Below, piece after piece: positions 19,194 to 30,583 of a DNA stretch of 64,000 nucleotides (position 1 is its first letter; each line of letters begins with the position of its first letter). The stretch comes from Syntrophomonadaceae bacterium (GTDB lineage Bacteria; Bacillota; Syntrophomonadia; Syntrophomonadales; Syntrophomonadaceae). The position numbers were made by a program, and so were the translations under genes. The DNA lies in the NCBI GenBank assembly GCA_050943315.1, contig JBMNOY010000001.1, positions 37,204 through 101,203 on the forward strand, given 5' to 3'. The notes under the pieces are model-generated. The model did not search any database, was not told the origin of the DNA, and worked only from the letters and a program-made list of their open reading frames with translations.

Positions 19194-20663
19194 ATGAAAT
19201 TAGGAAGCCTGCTTAAAGATATGGAGATTACAGTTTGGCATGGTGATCTTAGTTGTGAAATAAAAGGTATTGCTTATGATTCCCGCAAGGTTAAACCAGG
19301 ATATTTATTTGTATGCATAAAGGGCTTTAAGACAGATGGTCATTTGTTTGCTCAATCAGCCGTTGATAACGGGGCGGTCGCAATTCTAGGTGAGACCAAA
19401 TTAGATCTTATCGGTAATGTAACCCAAGTTATAATACCTGACTGCCGCCAGGCACTGCCCATACTGGCAGCAAGATTTTACGGCCAACCTTCTCGGGATT
19501 TAAGAATAATAGGAGTTACCGGCACTAATGGCAAAACTACTACAACCCACTTTATTAGGGCTATTTTGGAGGAGTGGGGAAAAAGGACCGCCATTATGGG
19601 CACCTTGTATGCCAAAATCGATGACTATCAACATGAACTGGGACATACCACCCCTGAGTCCCTGGAAATAGAGGAGTTCTTTGCCATCACCAGGCAGAAA
19701 AAAGGTGAATACGTGGTGATGGAAGTATCTTCACATGCTCTGGATTTAAATCGCGTTGATGAAATATTATTTGATGTAGCGGTGTTTACTAATCTTACTC
19801 AGGATCATCTTGATTATCATCAAACCATGGAAAAATACAAGCAAGCAAAACTCAAGCTGTTTAGGAAAATACCCGAGGGATCAAAAAACTTCGTAATCAT
19901 TAATTCTGATGACGAATCAGCCCGGGATTTTATAAATGCTGCCAGCAGCAGGGTTTGTACATATGGCATTGATAACCCCGCTGATGTTCGGGCAACCGGA
20001 GTAAACACTAACCTTAAGGGAACTAGCTTTAATGTTGAGTACGGCGGGGAGGTACTGTCAATCCGGATGAAACCAATCGGGTTGTTCAGTGTTTATAATG
20101 CTCTGGCGGCTATAGCTTTTGCTCTGCAGGAAGGTATTGCACCGGCGATTATCAAACAGGCGTTAGAGAAGGTTGAAGGTGTTCCGGGACGGTTTGAACA
20201 GGTAGACTGCGGCCAGGACTTTACCGTAATTGTTGACTATGCACATACTCCTGACGGACTCCAAAATATTTTGGCAACAGCTCGCAAATTAGTAGAGAAC
20301 AGATTGATCACCGTATTTGGGTGTGGAGGAGACCGGGACCGGAGCAAGCGGCCTTTGATGGGCGAGATCGCCGCAACCTACAGTGATTTTTGTATCATTA
20401 CTTCAGATAATCCACGCAGCGAAGACCCCCTGGCTATCATTAATGAAATCGTTCCCGGGGTTGACAGGGTTAAAGATTCCCGCTATTCCATAATTGCTGA
20501 CCGGCGGGAAGCTATACGTCACGCCATATTCCTGGCCCGCCCGGGGGATTTAATAATTATAGCCGGAAAAGGACATGAAACTTATCAGTTAGTAAAAGAC
20601 CAGGTTCTGGATTTTGATGACCGGAAAATAGCAGCAGAGTTTTTGAAAGGAAAAGGAGTATGA
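19194..20663 (+). CDS. murE: UDP-N-acetylmuramoyl-L-alanyl-D-glutamate--2,6-diaminopimelate ligase
   Basis: The Mur ligase P-loop GVTGTNGKTTT and the DNPR motif (DNPRSEDP), typical of meso-DAP-adding MurE, are present. The RBS GGAAAGGAG precedes ATG-19194. Confidence 0.95.
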   Translation: MKLGSLLKDMEITVWHGDLSCEIKGIAYDSRKVKPGYLFVCIKGFKTDGHLFAQSAVDNGAVAILGETKLDLIGNVTQVIIPDCRQALPILAARFYGQPSRDLRIIGVTGTNGKTTTTHFIRAILEEWGKRTAIMGTLYAKIDDYQHELGHTTPESLEIEEFFAITRQKKGEYVVMEVSSHALDLNRVDEILFDVAVFTNLTQDHLDYHQTMEKYKQAKLKLFRKIPEGSKNFVIINSDDESARDFINAASSRVCTYGIDNPADVRATGVNTNLKGTSFNVEYGGEVLSIRMKPIGLFSVYNALAAIAFALQEGIAPAIIKQALEKVEGVPGRFEQVDCGQDFTVIVDYAHTPDGLQNILATARKLVENRLITVFGCGGDRDRSKRPLMGEIAATYSDFCIITSDNPRSEDPLAIINEIVPGVDRVKDSRYSIIADRREAIRHAIFLARPGDLIIIAGKGHETYQLVKDQVLDFDDRKIAAEFLKGKGV

Positions 20664-22042
20664 ATAACCTAACCCTCGACTATATAGTACAGAACATTAA
20701 TGGCAAGTTGCTGTGCGGGGATAAAGAAACCCTAATAAATGATGTTTCCACCGATTCCAGGACAATTACCCCCGGTACTCTTTTCTTTGCTCTGAAAGGT
20801 GATAACTTTGATGGCCATGATTTTGTGGTGGCGGCGTTAAACCAGGGTGCCTATGGTGCTGTGGTGGAAAAGACAACCGGTATAGCTGATTATCCTCAAA
20901 ACCGGGCGATAATTAAGGTAGATAACACATTACAGGCACTGCAGCAGTTGGCCAGGTCTTATCGCTTGCAATTTGATATTCCAGTAGTTGGCATTACCGG
21001 AAGTGTAGGCAAAACTACCACCAAGGACTTATTGGCTGCTTGCCTTATGTCCCGCTGCAATACCCTAAAAACACCAGGTAATTATAATAATGATATTGGA
21101 TTGCCTTTAACAATTCTTAAACTAAATACCGAGCATCAGGTAATGGTGCTGGAAATGGCTATGCGCGGAAGCGGGGAAATACAACGGTTGGCTGATATTG
21201 CCAGGCCTAACTGTGCCATCATAACTAATGTTGAACCGGTGCATTTAGAAACCATGGGCAATATCAATAATATATGCCGGGCTAAATGTGAACTTCTGGC
21301 TTCCTTAGGCTCTGACGGTTTTGCCTTGATAAACGGTGACAGTAAACTATTGGTCAATATGGCCCGGGAATTTCCGTGCCGCCAATATACTTTTGGCTAT
21401 TCGCCAGGCTGTGATATTCAGATACTGCAGGTTAATAACGCTACCGGCGGCATTAACATTGAACTGGAGGCTTTTGCCTCCCGGCATAATTTGTTTTTGC
21501 CCCTACCCGCCCCGAAGCTGGCTACCAATGTTGCTTCAGCGGCAGGGATGGCGTTTTTATTGGGAATAAATTGGGAGGACATAAAAGTAAGTCTGGCTGG
21601 ATATAAAACCAGTAGTAACAGGTTGAACATAATATATTTGGATGAGGGCGGTGCTGTCATCAATGATACCTACAATGCTAATCCGGTATCAATGATAGCC
21701 GCTTTGGAGGTAAGTGCCACGCTGGCTCCTGAGAAAAGAACGGTTGCTGTGCTGGGTGATATGCTGGAATTAGGGGAATACGAAATATCCGGTCATAAAC
21801 AGGTTGGCCAGCGGGCTGCCGACCTTGGTCTGGGCCTTTTGATTACCATCGGGAATCGCTCCCGGTATATTATGCAGGGGGCTATCGATGCAGGTATGAA
21901 TCCCAATTTGGTCCATCACTTTGCATCAAAGCAAGATGGCCTGGATTGGATAAAAAAGAATGTTAATAAAAATGATATTGTGCTATTCAAGGCATCCCGG
22001 GGCATGCAATTAGAAACATTATTGGAAGCATGGATGGCATAA
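20660..22042 (+). CDS. murF: UDP-N-acetylmuramoyl-tripeptide--D-alanyl-D-alanine ligase
   Basis: It carries GITGSVGKTTT. Its start overlaps the murE stop by 4 nt. Its position in the dcw cluster fits murF. Confidence 0.95.
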   Translation: MNNLTLDYIVQNINGKLLCGDKETLINDVSTDSRTITPGTLFFALKGDNFDGHDFVVAALNQGAYGAVVEKTTGIADYPQNRAIIKVDNTLQALQQLARSYRLQFDIPVVGITGSVGKTTTKDLLAACLMSRCNTLKTPGNYNNDIGLPLTILKLNTEHQVMVLEMAMRGSGEIQRLADIARPNCAIITNVEPVHLETMGNINNICRAKCELLASLGSDGFALINGDSKLLVNMAREFPCRQYTFGYSPGCDIQILQVNNATGGINIELEAFASRHNLFLPLPAPKLATNVASAAGMAFLLGINWEDIKVSLAGYKTSSNRLNIIYLDEGGAVINDTYNANPVSMIAALEVSATLAPEKRTVAVLGDMLELGEYEISGHKQVGQRAADLGLGLLITIGNRSRYIMQGAIDAGMNPNLVHHFASKQDGLDWIKKNVNKNDIVLFKASRGMQLETLLEAWMA

Positions 22043-22058
22043 TACTCTGGAGGCATAT

Positions 22059-23033
22059 ATGAAGGGTTATATAATTAATACACTGCTGGCTACAGGCATT
22101 GCCTTATCGATAGCAATAGCCATGGGACCAATAATGATTCCATTTCTTAAAAGGTTGAAAGTAGGACAAAATATTCGCGAGGAAGGCCCCAAAGCCCACC
22201 TGGTTAAAGCAGGTACGCCCACCATGGGAGGCATAATTATTATTACTGCGGTAATGGTTGCCAGTTTTGTAATGGCTGGAGCCAGTACCGAAGTATTGAC
22301 TGCTGTGCTGATTATGCTGGCTTTTGGAGGCATAGGTTTCTGGGACGATTATATTAAAGTGGTGTTAAAACGGTCGCTGGGGTTGCGTGCCCGGGAGAAG
22401 CTGAGTCTTCAGCTAATTGTGGGGGTTATATTTGGCCTCTTGTTGCTGTATTATTTTCACCGGGGTTCTACTATTATTATTCCCTTTACCGGGGGAATTA
22501 TCGACCTGGGTTGGTTTTATATCCCTTTTATGGTTTTTGTATTAATGGCCACATCTAATGCCGTCAACCTCACCGATGGTTTGGATGGGCTGGTATCAGG
22601 TATTACCTTTGTAGTAGCGGCAGCCTATGGCCTGGTATGTGTAATGACCTCCCATTTTAACCTGTTGATATTTACCGGTGCAGTGGCCGGAGGTTGTTTA
22701 GGCTTTCTGTTCTTTAACCGCTACCCGGCCCGGGTATTTATGGGTGATACCGGTTCCATGGCACTGGGTGGGGCCATAGCCGCAGTAGCAGCCTTAACTA
22801 ATACTGAATTAGCCTTAATTCTCATTGGCGGGGTTTATGTTATTGAAACGCTAAGTGTAATTTTGCAGGTATTGTCCTTTAAGCTTACTGGTAAGCGCTT
22901 ATTCTTAATGAGTCCCATCCACCATCATTTCGAACTTAAGGGGTGGCACGAGACCAGGGTTGTTAAAGTATTCTGGCTGGCTGCGGTTGGTTTTGCGATA
23001 TTAGGAATCGCCAGTTTCAGAAATATTGGTTAG
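22059..23033 (+). CDS. mraY: Phospho-N-acetylmuramoyl-pentapeptide transferase
   Basis: It is a polytopic membrane protein with NAVNLTDGLDGL and a C-terminal HHHFE motif. Confidence 0.97.
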   Translation: MKGYIINTLLATGIALSIAIAMGPIMIPFLKRLKVGQNIREEGPKAHLVKAGTPTMGGIIIITAVMVASFVMAGASTEVLTAVLIMLAFGGIGFWDDYIKVVLKRSLGLRAREKLSLQLIVGVIFGLLLLYYFHRGSTIIIPFTGGIIDLGWFYIPFMVFVLMATSNAVNLTDGLDGLVSGITFVVAAAYGLVCVMTSHFNLLIFTGAVAGGCLGFLFFNRYPARVFMGDTGSMALGGAIAAVAALTNTELALILIGGVYVIETLSVILQVLSFKLTGKRLFLMSPIHHHFELKGWHETRVVKVFWLAAVGFAILGIASFRNIG

Positions 23034-23047
23034 GAAGTGTTATAAGA

Positions 23048-24415
23048 GTGAACTTTACTGGAAAAAGAATATTGGTTATCGGCCTGGCAAGAAGCGGTAT
23101 GGCGGCACTAAAGGTATTACATAAACGTGGTGCCCTCCTAACTGCCTGTGATATTAAAGATGCCGATAAACTGGGAGATAAGATTAGTACATTAAAGGAT
23201 ATGGGAATAGAAGTCATAACTGGTGGTTACCCGGAAATTGCACCCGGCACTTTTGACATGATTATAACCAGCCCCGGTGTACCGGTAGGGGCAGAACCGA
23301 TTAGGCAGGCCGGGTTACTGGGATTGCCGGTGGCCAGTGAAGTAGAGTTGGCTTATGCCCTGAAAGCCCCTGGCGTTGATTTGGTGGCGGTAACAGGCAC
23401 TAATGGAAAAACTACTACTACCTCATTGCTGCAGTACATATTTGCCCAGGCGGGAAAAAAATCAATTGCCGGCGGCAATATAGGGGTACCGCTTACTACC
23501 TTGATAGACGGTATGGAGGAAGGAGTTGTAACAGTAGAGGTTTCCAGTTTTCAGCTGGAAACAACCATCAACTTTAGACCTCACCTTTGCGGGCTGTTGA
23601 ATATAACTCCGGATCATCTTGACTGGCACAAGAGTTTTGATAATTATGTAAAAGCTAAAACCAGGATTTTTGCCAATCAAACCAGTGATGATTTTGCTGT
23701 TTTAAATTATGAAGATCAGGCCATAAGAGAGATAGCCCCTATGTGTAAAGCCAGGGTGGTATTTTTTTCCACGGATAGAGTTTTACCAGACGGTGCTTTT
23801 GTGGAGGACAACCACATTAAAGTTATCCTGGGTAACCGGCATTACGATATCTGCCCATTGGAAGACATACTTCTTAGGGGAAAGCATAATTTAGAAAACG
23901 TTCTCTGTGCAGTGGCAATATCCATTGCAGCCGGTGTTGATACCCAGGTAGTGCGTCATTCACTATCAAGCTTTAAGGGGATACGACATCGCCTGGAAGA
24001 GGTAGACCATAAAGATGGGGTACTTTACATAAATGATTCCAAAGGCACCAATCCTGACTCCACGATTAGAGCCATTCAGTCGTTCAGTGAACCAATTATT
24101 CTGATTGCCGGGGGCAGAAACAAGGGAGCTGATTTCACGGCTCTGGCTAATCTAATAAAAGCCCGGGTCAAAGAACTAGTCCTGCTGGGAGAAGCCAAAG
24201 AAGTCATCAAGAGAGCAGTCATGGATACCGGCTTTAGGAATATACATGAGGTAGAAGATTTCTCGTCTGCTGTAGCCAGAGCCCGGGAACTGGCCACCCG
24301 GGGTGATGTAGTGCTGCTATCTCCGGCCTGCGCGAGCTGGGATATGTTTGACAATTATGAACAGCGGGGCGATTTATTCTGCGAATTGGTTCACAATTAT
24401 AATCGGGCGAATTAA
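23048..24415 (+). CDS. murD: UDP-N-acetylmuramoylalanine--D-glutamate ligase
   Basis: It has the N-terminal Rossmann motif GLARSG and the Mur ligase P-loop AVTGTNGKTTT. The start codon is GTG. Confidence 0.95.
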   Translation: MNFTGKRILVIGLARSGMAALKVLHKRGALLTACDIKDADKLGDKISTLKDMGIEVITGGYPEIAPGTFDMIITSPGVPVGAEPIRQAGLLGLPVASEVELAYALKAPGVDLVAVTGTNGKTTTTSLLQYIFAQAGKKSIAGGNIGVPLTTLIDGMEEGVVTVEVSSFQLETTINFRPHLCGLLNITPDHLDWHKSFDNYVKAKTRIFANQTSDDFAVLNYEDQAIREIAPMCKARVVFFSTDRVLPDGAFVEDNHIKVILGNRHYDICPLEDILLRGKHNLENVLCAVAISIAAGVDTQVVRHSLSSFKGIRHRLEEVDHKDGVLYINDSKGTNPDSTIRAIQSFSEPIILIAGGRNKGADFTALANLIKARVKELVLLGEAKEVIKRAVMDTGFRNIHEVEDFSSAVARARELATRGDVVLLSPACASWDMFDNYEQRGDLFCELVHNYNRAN

Positions 24416-24493
24416 CGGTTATATGGCAGTATAGAGATAAAGGCAGCACCAAAATGGTAGGATTTGAGCTTGTAAGGTCAGGAGGGTTGAGAA

Positions 24494-25597
24494 GTGAGGC
24501 TGAAAAAAGGGCCGCCGGATTTTGTCCTGTTTATTACCACACTGGCACTGGTTGGTATAGGATTAGTAATGGTTTTTAGCTCCAGTGCGGTAACCTCCAA
24601 TGTCTGGTATGGTGATGCCTACTACTTCTTCAAAAAACAACTGCAATGGGCAATAATTAGCATTATTGTTATGATTGTGGTCATGAAATTGAACTATCTG
24701 CGTCTTAAAGAGTTAGCTATTCCTTTGGCAGTAATATCTTTACTATGTTTGGTTCTGGTAATTTCACCACTGGGCCATGCCGCCAAAGGTTCCAGCCGCT
24801 GGCTCGGTTTGGGGCCCCTTGGGGGGTTTGCCCCTTCGGAAATGATGAAAGTGGCACTAGTTTTATTTCTGGCTAAGAGCATGGAGATCAATATTGATAA
24901 AATAAAGTCTTTCAAATTAGGGGTATTGCCATATTTGGTTTTACTGGCTATTGTTGACGGATTGATCATGCTGCAACCCGACCTGGGCACATCAGTTGCA
25001 GTAGCTGGTACGGTTTTCTTCCTCCTGGTTGTCGCAGGTGCACAATGGTCTCATTTGGGTTTAATTTTTCTCTCCGGGCTAGGGGCGATTGGTGCTGCCA
25101 TAGCTGTAGCACCTTACCGCCTGGAGAGGGTGTTAGCTTTTCTGAATCCCTGGAAGTATGCCAATGATGAGGGTTTTCAGATTATCCAGTCCTTATATGC
25201 GTTGGGTTCCGGGGGATTATTTGGTATGGGGCTGGGAAGAAGCCGGCAAAAGTTTTTTTATCTTCCCGAACAACATACAGATTTTATATTTGCCATTTTG
25301 GGCGAAGAATTAGGGTTTATCGGTGCCTTCGTAGTACTGGCGCTATTTTTGCTTTTTGCTTGGAGAGGTTATAAAATTGCCATTAACGCTCCCGATAATT
25401 TCGGTAGTTTATTAGCCGCTGGACTTACTACCATGGTAGTCTTGCAGGCGTCGATTAATATAGGTGTAGTATCTGGCGTTCTTCCGGTTACCGGAATAAC
25501 TCTGCCATTTATCAGTTACGGAGGTTCTTCTCTGCTCTTTTCAATGATAGGGGTAGGCCTGCTCCTAAATGTATCCAGATATAGCACCTACAGGTGA
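24494..25597 (+). CDS. ftsW: SEDS-family peptidoglycan glycosyltransferase FtsW/SpoVE
   Basis: It is a membrane protein of about 10 TM helices with a conserved SEDS C-terminal segment ([17 protein letters not shown]). It sits between murD and murG. Confidence 0.9.
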   Translation: MRLKKGPPDFVLFITTLALVGIGLVMVFSSSAVTSNVWYGDAYYFFKKQLQWAIISIIVMIVVMKLNYLRLKELAIPLAVISLLCLVLVISPLGHAAKGSSRWLGLGPLGGFAPSEMMKVALVLFLAKSMEINIDKIKSFKLGVLPYLVLLAIVDGLIMLQPDLGTSVAVAGTVFFLLVVAGAQWSHLGLIFLSGLGAIGAAIAVAPYRLERVLAFLNPWKYANDEGFQIIQSLYALGSGGLFGMGLGRSRQKFFYLPEQHTDFIFAILGEELGFIGAFVVLALFLLFAWRGYKIAINAPDNFGSLLAAGLTTMVVLQASINIGVVSGVLPVTGITLPFISYGGSSLLFSMIGVGLLLNVSRYSTYR

Positions 25598-25614
25598 GGT
25601 GTGCAGAAATAAAG

Positions 25615-26721
25615 ATGAAAATAATTCTTACTGGAGGGGGAACAGGAGGACATATTTACCCGGCGCTGGCAATTGCGCGTGGAATAAAGGATAGGGCACC
25701 TTCTGCGGATATTCTTTATGTTGGTACCCAAAAGGGCATGGAGAGTAAAATTGTGCCGGCTGCGGGTATAAATTTCAGAACTATCGATGTTTCTGGTCTT
25801 GACCGCTCGTCTCTATTGAAAGCGGGCAAGTCAATAATGAAATTTCCCTTGAGCTTCTGGCAGAGCCGGGATATTATTAAGGAATTTAAACCGGACATCG
25901 TTATCGGAACCGGTGGCTATGTATCCTATCCGGTGGTTCTGGCCGCTACTTATTTTGGTGCCCGGACTTTGATTCATGAACAAAATGCTTTTCCTGGACT
26001 GGCCAACCGGAAATTAGCTAAAAGGGTTGACTGTGTCATGCTGACTTTTGGTGAGGCGGCACGATTGATGGATGCGAAGAATATTAAAACTACCGGTCTT
26101 CCGGTGCGTAAACAAATATCTGAAGTTAATGCAAATAAAGCCCGCGCGCAACTGAACTTTACTGCAGATAAGTTTACTCTGGTTGCCTTTGGCGGCAGCC
26201 GCGGGGCGGCCAGTATAAACCGGGCCATGTTAGAGGTAGTTGAGCGGTACCGGGATAAGGAAATACAAATTATTTGGATTACCGGAGAGACTGACTATGA
26301 GGAAATAAAGTCCCGGTTATCATCTGCCATTAAAAAACCTTCCCCATGTAAGCTGCATTTATTGCCCTATATGTACAATATTGAGGAAGCCTTAGGTATA
26401 GCGGATCTGGCTGTATGCCGTGCCGGAGCCAGTACCTTAAGTGAATTACAGATTTTGGGTCTGCCCGCGGTTCTAATTCCTTATCCCTATGCTACCGATA
26501 ATCATCAGGAGAAAAATGCCCGGGCATTATTGGAGAAAAATGCGGTGAAAATGGTTATTGATGAATTCCTGGATGGAGATACTCTATATGAAATGATTGA
26601 AACACTTAGGATAGATAGAGATGGTTTGCAGCTCATGAAAGAAAATATGCGCAAGCAAGCCAGGCCTGATGCCCTGAATGATATCCTGGATATTATTTTC
26701 AGCTATGCGAAGGGCAGTTAA
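25615..26721 (+). CDS. murG: UDP-N-acetylglucosamine--N-acetylmuramyl-(pentapeptide) pyrophosphoryl-undecaprenol GlcNAc transferase
   Basis: The product starts [19 protein letters not shown] and has the C-terminal motif [11 protein letters not shown]. Confidence 0.95.
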   Translation: MKIILTGGGTGGHIYPALAIARGIKDRAPSADILYVGTQKGMESKIVPAAGINFRTIDVSGLDRSSLLKAGKSIMKFPLSFWQSRDIIKEFKPDIVIGTGGYVSYPVVLAATYFGARTLIHEQNAFPGLANRKLAKRVDCVMLTFGEAARLMDAKNIKTTGLPVRKQISEVNANKARAQLNFTADKFTLVAFGGSRGAASINRAMLEVVERYRDKEIQIIWITGETDYEEIKSRLSSAIKKPSPCKLHLLPYMYNIEEALGIADLAVCRAGASTLSELQILGLPAVLIPYPYATDNHQEKNARALLEKNAVKMVIDEFLDGDTLYEMIETLRIDRDGLQLMKENMRKQARPDALNDILDIIFSYAKGS

Positions 26722-26849
26722 GGGGCCAAACCATATTTGGTACTAATGTATTCTACTATTGGACAAGTTAGTAATCTGTAACCACTTTTGTTAATAGTGC
26801 ATACTATACAATGTGGAAGCAAGGTTGACGTTAAGAAGGAGATGAAGGT

Positions 26850-28238
26850 ATGGCCATGTTGGAAGAACAATGGGTTCACATGGTAGGAATAGCCGGTGCA
26901 GGAATGAGTGGTATCGCACAGGTGCTCAGGGAGGAAGGCATCCGGGTCAGCGGCTCGGATTTAAACAGTAATAGCATTACCAGAAAACTTGAGAAACTAG
27001 GGGTCGAAGTATATGAAGGCCATGCTTCATCAAATGTTAAGGAGGGGGTTGATTTAGTTGTCATTTCATCAGCTATCCCTCCAGACAACAGCGAGGTGCT
27101 ACAGGCCCGGGAAAAAAACATTCCGGTAATAAAGAGAGGTCAAATGCTGGCCAGGATGGTTAATCGCCGGAAAGGTATTGCTGTCGCCGGTGCTCATGGG
27201 AAAACTACCACTACATCGATGATATATACGGTATTAAATGACTGTGGACTTGACCCAACTTTCATTGTTGGTGGTGAAATCAGGGGTAGCAAGCTGAATG
27301 CCAGGTTGGGAAAAGGCGAGTACTTTGTAGCCGAAGCGGATGAAAGCGATGCTTCGTTTCTTAATCTTAACCCTTACATTGCCGTAGTAACTAATATTGA
27401 AAATGATCATCTGGATTATTATAAATCATTTGATAAAATAAAAAACGCTTTTGAGCAATTTCTCAATCAGGTTCACCCGGACGGTTTTGCATTATTGTAC
27501 GGCGGGGATGCCTGTATCCGCGAGACCAGGAGCCGGATTACCAGTAAAGCTATTATCTACGGTGAAGACGAATCCTATGATTACTACCTGACAAATTGGC
27601 ATGCCCAGGGAATGGGTTCAAGTTTTGATGTTTTTGCCCGACGGGAATTCCTGGGCAGCATTAACCTCGCCGTACCGGGACGACACAATGCACTTAATGC
27701 TCTGGCGGCAATCGCTGTAGCGTGCGAATCCGGGTTGGGTTTTGCTGCTATCAAGGAATCTCTGGCCAGGTTTGAAGGTACCGGACGCAGGTTTCAAACC
27801 TTGGGCAAGGCTAACAATATCACCATTATTGATGATTATGCTCACCATCCTACTGAAATTAAGGCAACCATTTCAGCAGCACGGAGCTTCCATAAGGGTA
27901 GGTTAGTGGTTGTTTTTCAACCCCATCGTTATTCCCGTACGCAATTGCTGGGAGAGCAAATTGGTACATCATTTTCCGATACCGACTTGACAATCATAAC
28001 TGATGTATATTCAGCGGGGGAAAAACCTATTCCCGGAATCAGCGGTGAATTGATATACGAAGCATCACGAAGGGCTGGCTGCAATGTATTGTATATTCCT
28101 TCTTTCGAGGAAATTGAAGATTATGTAATTAATCACTGGGAGGAAAATGACATGGTGATAACCATGGGTGCAGGTAATATTAACATTGTAGGCGCGAATA
28201 TCGCCAGAAAGCTCATGAAATGTATCCCGCAGGCTTAA
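26850..28238 (+). CDS. murC: UDP-N-acetylmuramate--L-alanine ligase
   Basis: It carries GIAGAGMSG and AVAGAHGKTTT. The RBS AAGGAG lies upstream. Confidence 0.95.
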   Translation: MAMLEEQWVHMVGIAGAGMSGIAQVLREEGIRVSGSDLNSNSITRKLEKLGVEVYEGHASSNVKEGVDLVVISSAIPPDNSEVLQAREKNIPVIKRGQMLARMVNRRKGIAVAGAHGKTTTTSMIYTVLNDCGLDPTFIVGGEIRGSKLNARLGKGEYFVAEADESDASFLNLNPYIAVVTNIENDHLDYYKSFDKIKNAFEQFLNQVHPDGFALLYGGDACIRETRSRITSKAIIYGEDESYDYYLTNWHAQGMGSSFDVFARREFLGSINLAVPGRHNALNALAAIAVACESGLGFAAIKESLARFEGTGRRFQTLGKANNITIIDDYAHHPTEIKATISAARSFHKGRLVVVFQPHRYSRTQLLGEQIGTSFSDTDLTIITDVYSAGEKPIPGISGELIYEASRRAGCNVLYIPSFEEIEDYVINHWEENDMVITMGAGNINIVGANIARKLMKCIPQA

Positions 28239-28248
28239 TCCGGCGGAG

Positions 28249-29514
28249 GTGTTAAGTTTGGATAGGTTACTGATAAGGGGAGGAGTTCCCTTAAAAGGGC
28301 AGGTAACAATAAGCGGCTCGAAAAACGCTACTCTTCCCATAATGGCAGCCAGTTTAATGTCCTCAGGAGAAGTGGTATTACTGGGTGTACCTGACCTGGA
28401 GGACATAAACGTAATGTCCGAGGCGCTGAGAATACTTGGAGCCCGGGTAAAAAGAGAAAGAGATGTTTTAATAATTGATGGACAGTCAATAACCGGGTGT
28501 GAACTGCCGGAAAGTGTTTCACGTAAAATGAGAGCTTCCAATCTGGTTATGGGGGCATTATTGGCCCGGTTCAAATCTGCCCGGGTGGCATATCCAGGGG
28601 GGTGTGCTATTGGTACACGTCCGATGGATTTGCATCTTAAAGGATTTAGAAACCTGGGCTACGATATATCTGAAGGTTTTGGCTATATAGAGGGAAAGGC
28701 AGTTAATCCCCGGGGTAAGGAGATATTACTGGATTTTCCCAGTGTTGGTGCTACTGAGAATATTATGATGGCGGCTGCCATGACGGATGGAACAACAATA
28801 ATAAGAAATGCCGCCCGCGAACCTGAGATTGTTGACCTGCAGAACTTCCTGAACCGGATGGGTGCGAAAATCAGGGGGGCAGGACTGGATACGATAAAAA
28901 TAGAAGGGGTCAAAAAACTGGGGGGAGTGGAACATACGGTAATCCCCGACCGGATCGAAGCGGGGACGTTTATGGTTGCTGCCGCAATCACTAAAGGAGA
29001 TATTTTTATAGATAATGTGGTCTTGGAACACATAAAACCGGTTACCGCAAAACTGGGTGAAATGGGTGTGGAAGTAATCAACTGGAATGGTGGCATTCGC
29101 GTTGTGGGCAAACCCAACTATAAACCCACTGATATAAAAACCATGCCTTATCCCGGTTTTCCCACCGATATGCAGGCACCCATGATGGCTCTGTTGGCTA
29201 CCATACCTGGTACCAGTGTTATGGTGGAAACTATATTTGAAAACCGTTATATGCATGTTCCCGAACTGCGGCGCATGGGGGCTGAGATTAAAGTTGAGGG
29301 CCGGGTGGCAATAGTTAAAGGGAAAACCAGGCTGGAAGGCACATTGGTAGAATCTACCGATTTACGGGCGGGTGCCGCTTTAATCCTGGCTGGCTTGTAT
29401 GCTGAAGGTGAAACCTGTGTTAACAGTTTGGAGCATATAGACCGGGGTTATGAAAAAATACATCAAAAACTACAAATGTTGCAGGCCGATATAGAGAGAA
29501 GGTTGGTGTCCTAG
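28249..29514 (+). CDS. murA: UDP-N-acetylglucosamine 1-carboxyvinyltransferase
   Basis: It carries GSKNATLPIMAA and the active-site region YPGGCAIGTRPMDLH, in an EPSP-synthase-type fold pattern. Confidence 0.95.
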   Translation: MLSLDRLLIRGGVPLKGQVTISGSKNATLPIMAASLMSSGEVVLLGVPDLEDINVMSEALRILGARVKRERDVLIIDGQSITGCELPESVSRKMRASNLVMGALLARFKSARVAYPGGCAIGTRPMDLHLKGFRNLGYDISEGFGYIEGKAVNPRGKEILLDFPSVGATENIMMAAAMTDGTTIIRNAAREPEIVDLQNFLNRMGAKIRGAGLDTIKIEGVKKLGGVEHTVIPDRIEAGTFMVAAAITKGDIFIDNVVLEHIKPVTAKLGEMGVEVINWNGGIRVVGKPNYKPTDIKTMPYPGFPTDMQAPMMALLATIPGTSVMVETIFENRYMHVPELRRMGAEIKVEGRVAIVKGKTRLEGTLVESTDLRAGAALILAGLYAEGETCVNSLEHIDRGYEKIHQKLQMLQADIERRLVS

Positions 29515-29528
29515 ACACCAACCTTTTA
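29501..29528 (+). terminator. Rho-independent terminator overlapping the murA stop codon
   Basis: A 10-bp perfect stem joins ggttggtgtc (29501-29510) and gacaccaacc (29514-29523). A tttt run follows. Confidence 0.7.
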
Positions 29529-29599
29529 TACTATGGCCAAGGGTCTTGCTGCACGTCAGTATCATCAGGCTAAAACTGTTGGAGCAACAGGCGTACTGG

Positions 29600-30583
29600 T
29601 TAATCGGTTGGATAACCAGACCGAAAACGCTGCTGCCGTCCCGGCGCTTCTTTTGTAAATGATGCCGACCGGGTTAGCAATGCGTAGAAATGATTTGCTT
29701 CCCGCAACACATGGTCAGCCAGCAGGGGAATGATAATCGACCTAATTTTACAGTCTAGAATGAGTTCATCAGCTGTGTCTTTAAACTCCCTGATTCTCCC
29801 GGTGGCATTTATCTCATCTCTCATCAGCCGGGGCGGTATACATGGATTCATATTCTCCACATCCCGGGCACGCCTTTCTAAAGCAAAAAACTCTCGTGCA
29901 AAATCAGCAGCCGTCATTATTAAGTCTTTTTCAGTGGGATCAAGCAGGTGAACAATAAATAAAGAGTGTTCTGCCATTATTCTATCCCAAAAAACCTTTT
30001 CTTGAATAATTTCATCGGTGGGATCCAGGGTTGTGCGCTTTTGCAGTCTTTGCAGGTGTTTGATAAAGAAAAGGGCTTCACGCCTGATATGTTCTATCAA
30101 CAACGGAAAGTTCCACGTAAATAGGCGGCAGTTTAACATATCCTCAAGAATCTTGGTTTTAAAATCAACCAGTGCTTTAGTTATGCGGATTATCTTCTCA
30201 TTTAAATCTGACACCGGCCTCTCCAAACCGGGATCTCCGGCCCCTGGTGTTAATTGGGTTTCCCGGCGGGTTAGACCGGTATTAAAATCAACACCTGATA
30301 AAAATTGGGTCTTTTCTTCCGCGCGAAGGGTTTTATCGGTTACTACTTCTCCTGATTTCAAGACTGCTCGGCTAACGTTACAATCGGCCAACTCTACTGC
30401 TTCTTTGAGCAGTTCCTCGAACCCCAGCCGGAATCGGTCGGCCCGTCTGGCTAGATCACTGTCCCGGGGAACAAAAGCAGCTTCGATAAAAAAAGAGTGT
30501 TCCATCATAATACGCAGAAAAAAAAGATTGAGATCGAGTGATTGCTGTACGAATTCCCCTGGTCTAAGTTTAAACATGAGCAT
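29600..30583 (-). CDS. Tandem helical-bundle protein, DUF2935-like
   Basis: The 327-aa product has two related halves, each carrying a (I/R)(M)xEHS(F/L)FI motif (IMMEHSFFIEA and IMAEHSLFIVH). The family assignment is from memory, not from a search. Confidence 0.5.
   Translation of the reverse strand: MLMFKLRPGEFVQQSLDLNLFFLRIMMEHSFFIEAAFVPRDSDLARRADRFRLGFEELLKEAVELADCNVSRAVLKSGEVVTDKTLRAEEKTQFLSGVDFNTGLTRRETQLTPGAGDPGLERPVSDLNEKIIRITKALVDFKTKILEDMLNCRLFTWNFPLLIEHIRREALFFIKHLQRLQKRTTLDPTDEIIQEKVFWDRIMAEHSLFIVHLLDPTEKDLIMTAADFAREFFALERRARDVENMNPCIPPRLMRDEINATGRIREFKDTADELILDCKIRSIIIPLLADHVLREANHFYALLTRSASFTKEAPGRQQRFRSGYPTD

Noticed and set aside
28065-29256. Several 140-176-aa minus-strand ORFs antisense to murC and murA.
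   Set aside because: They are shadow ORFs inside highly conserved genes. No start signals are present and the translations are compositionally odd.
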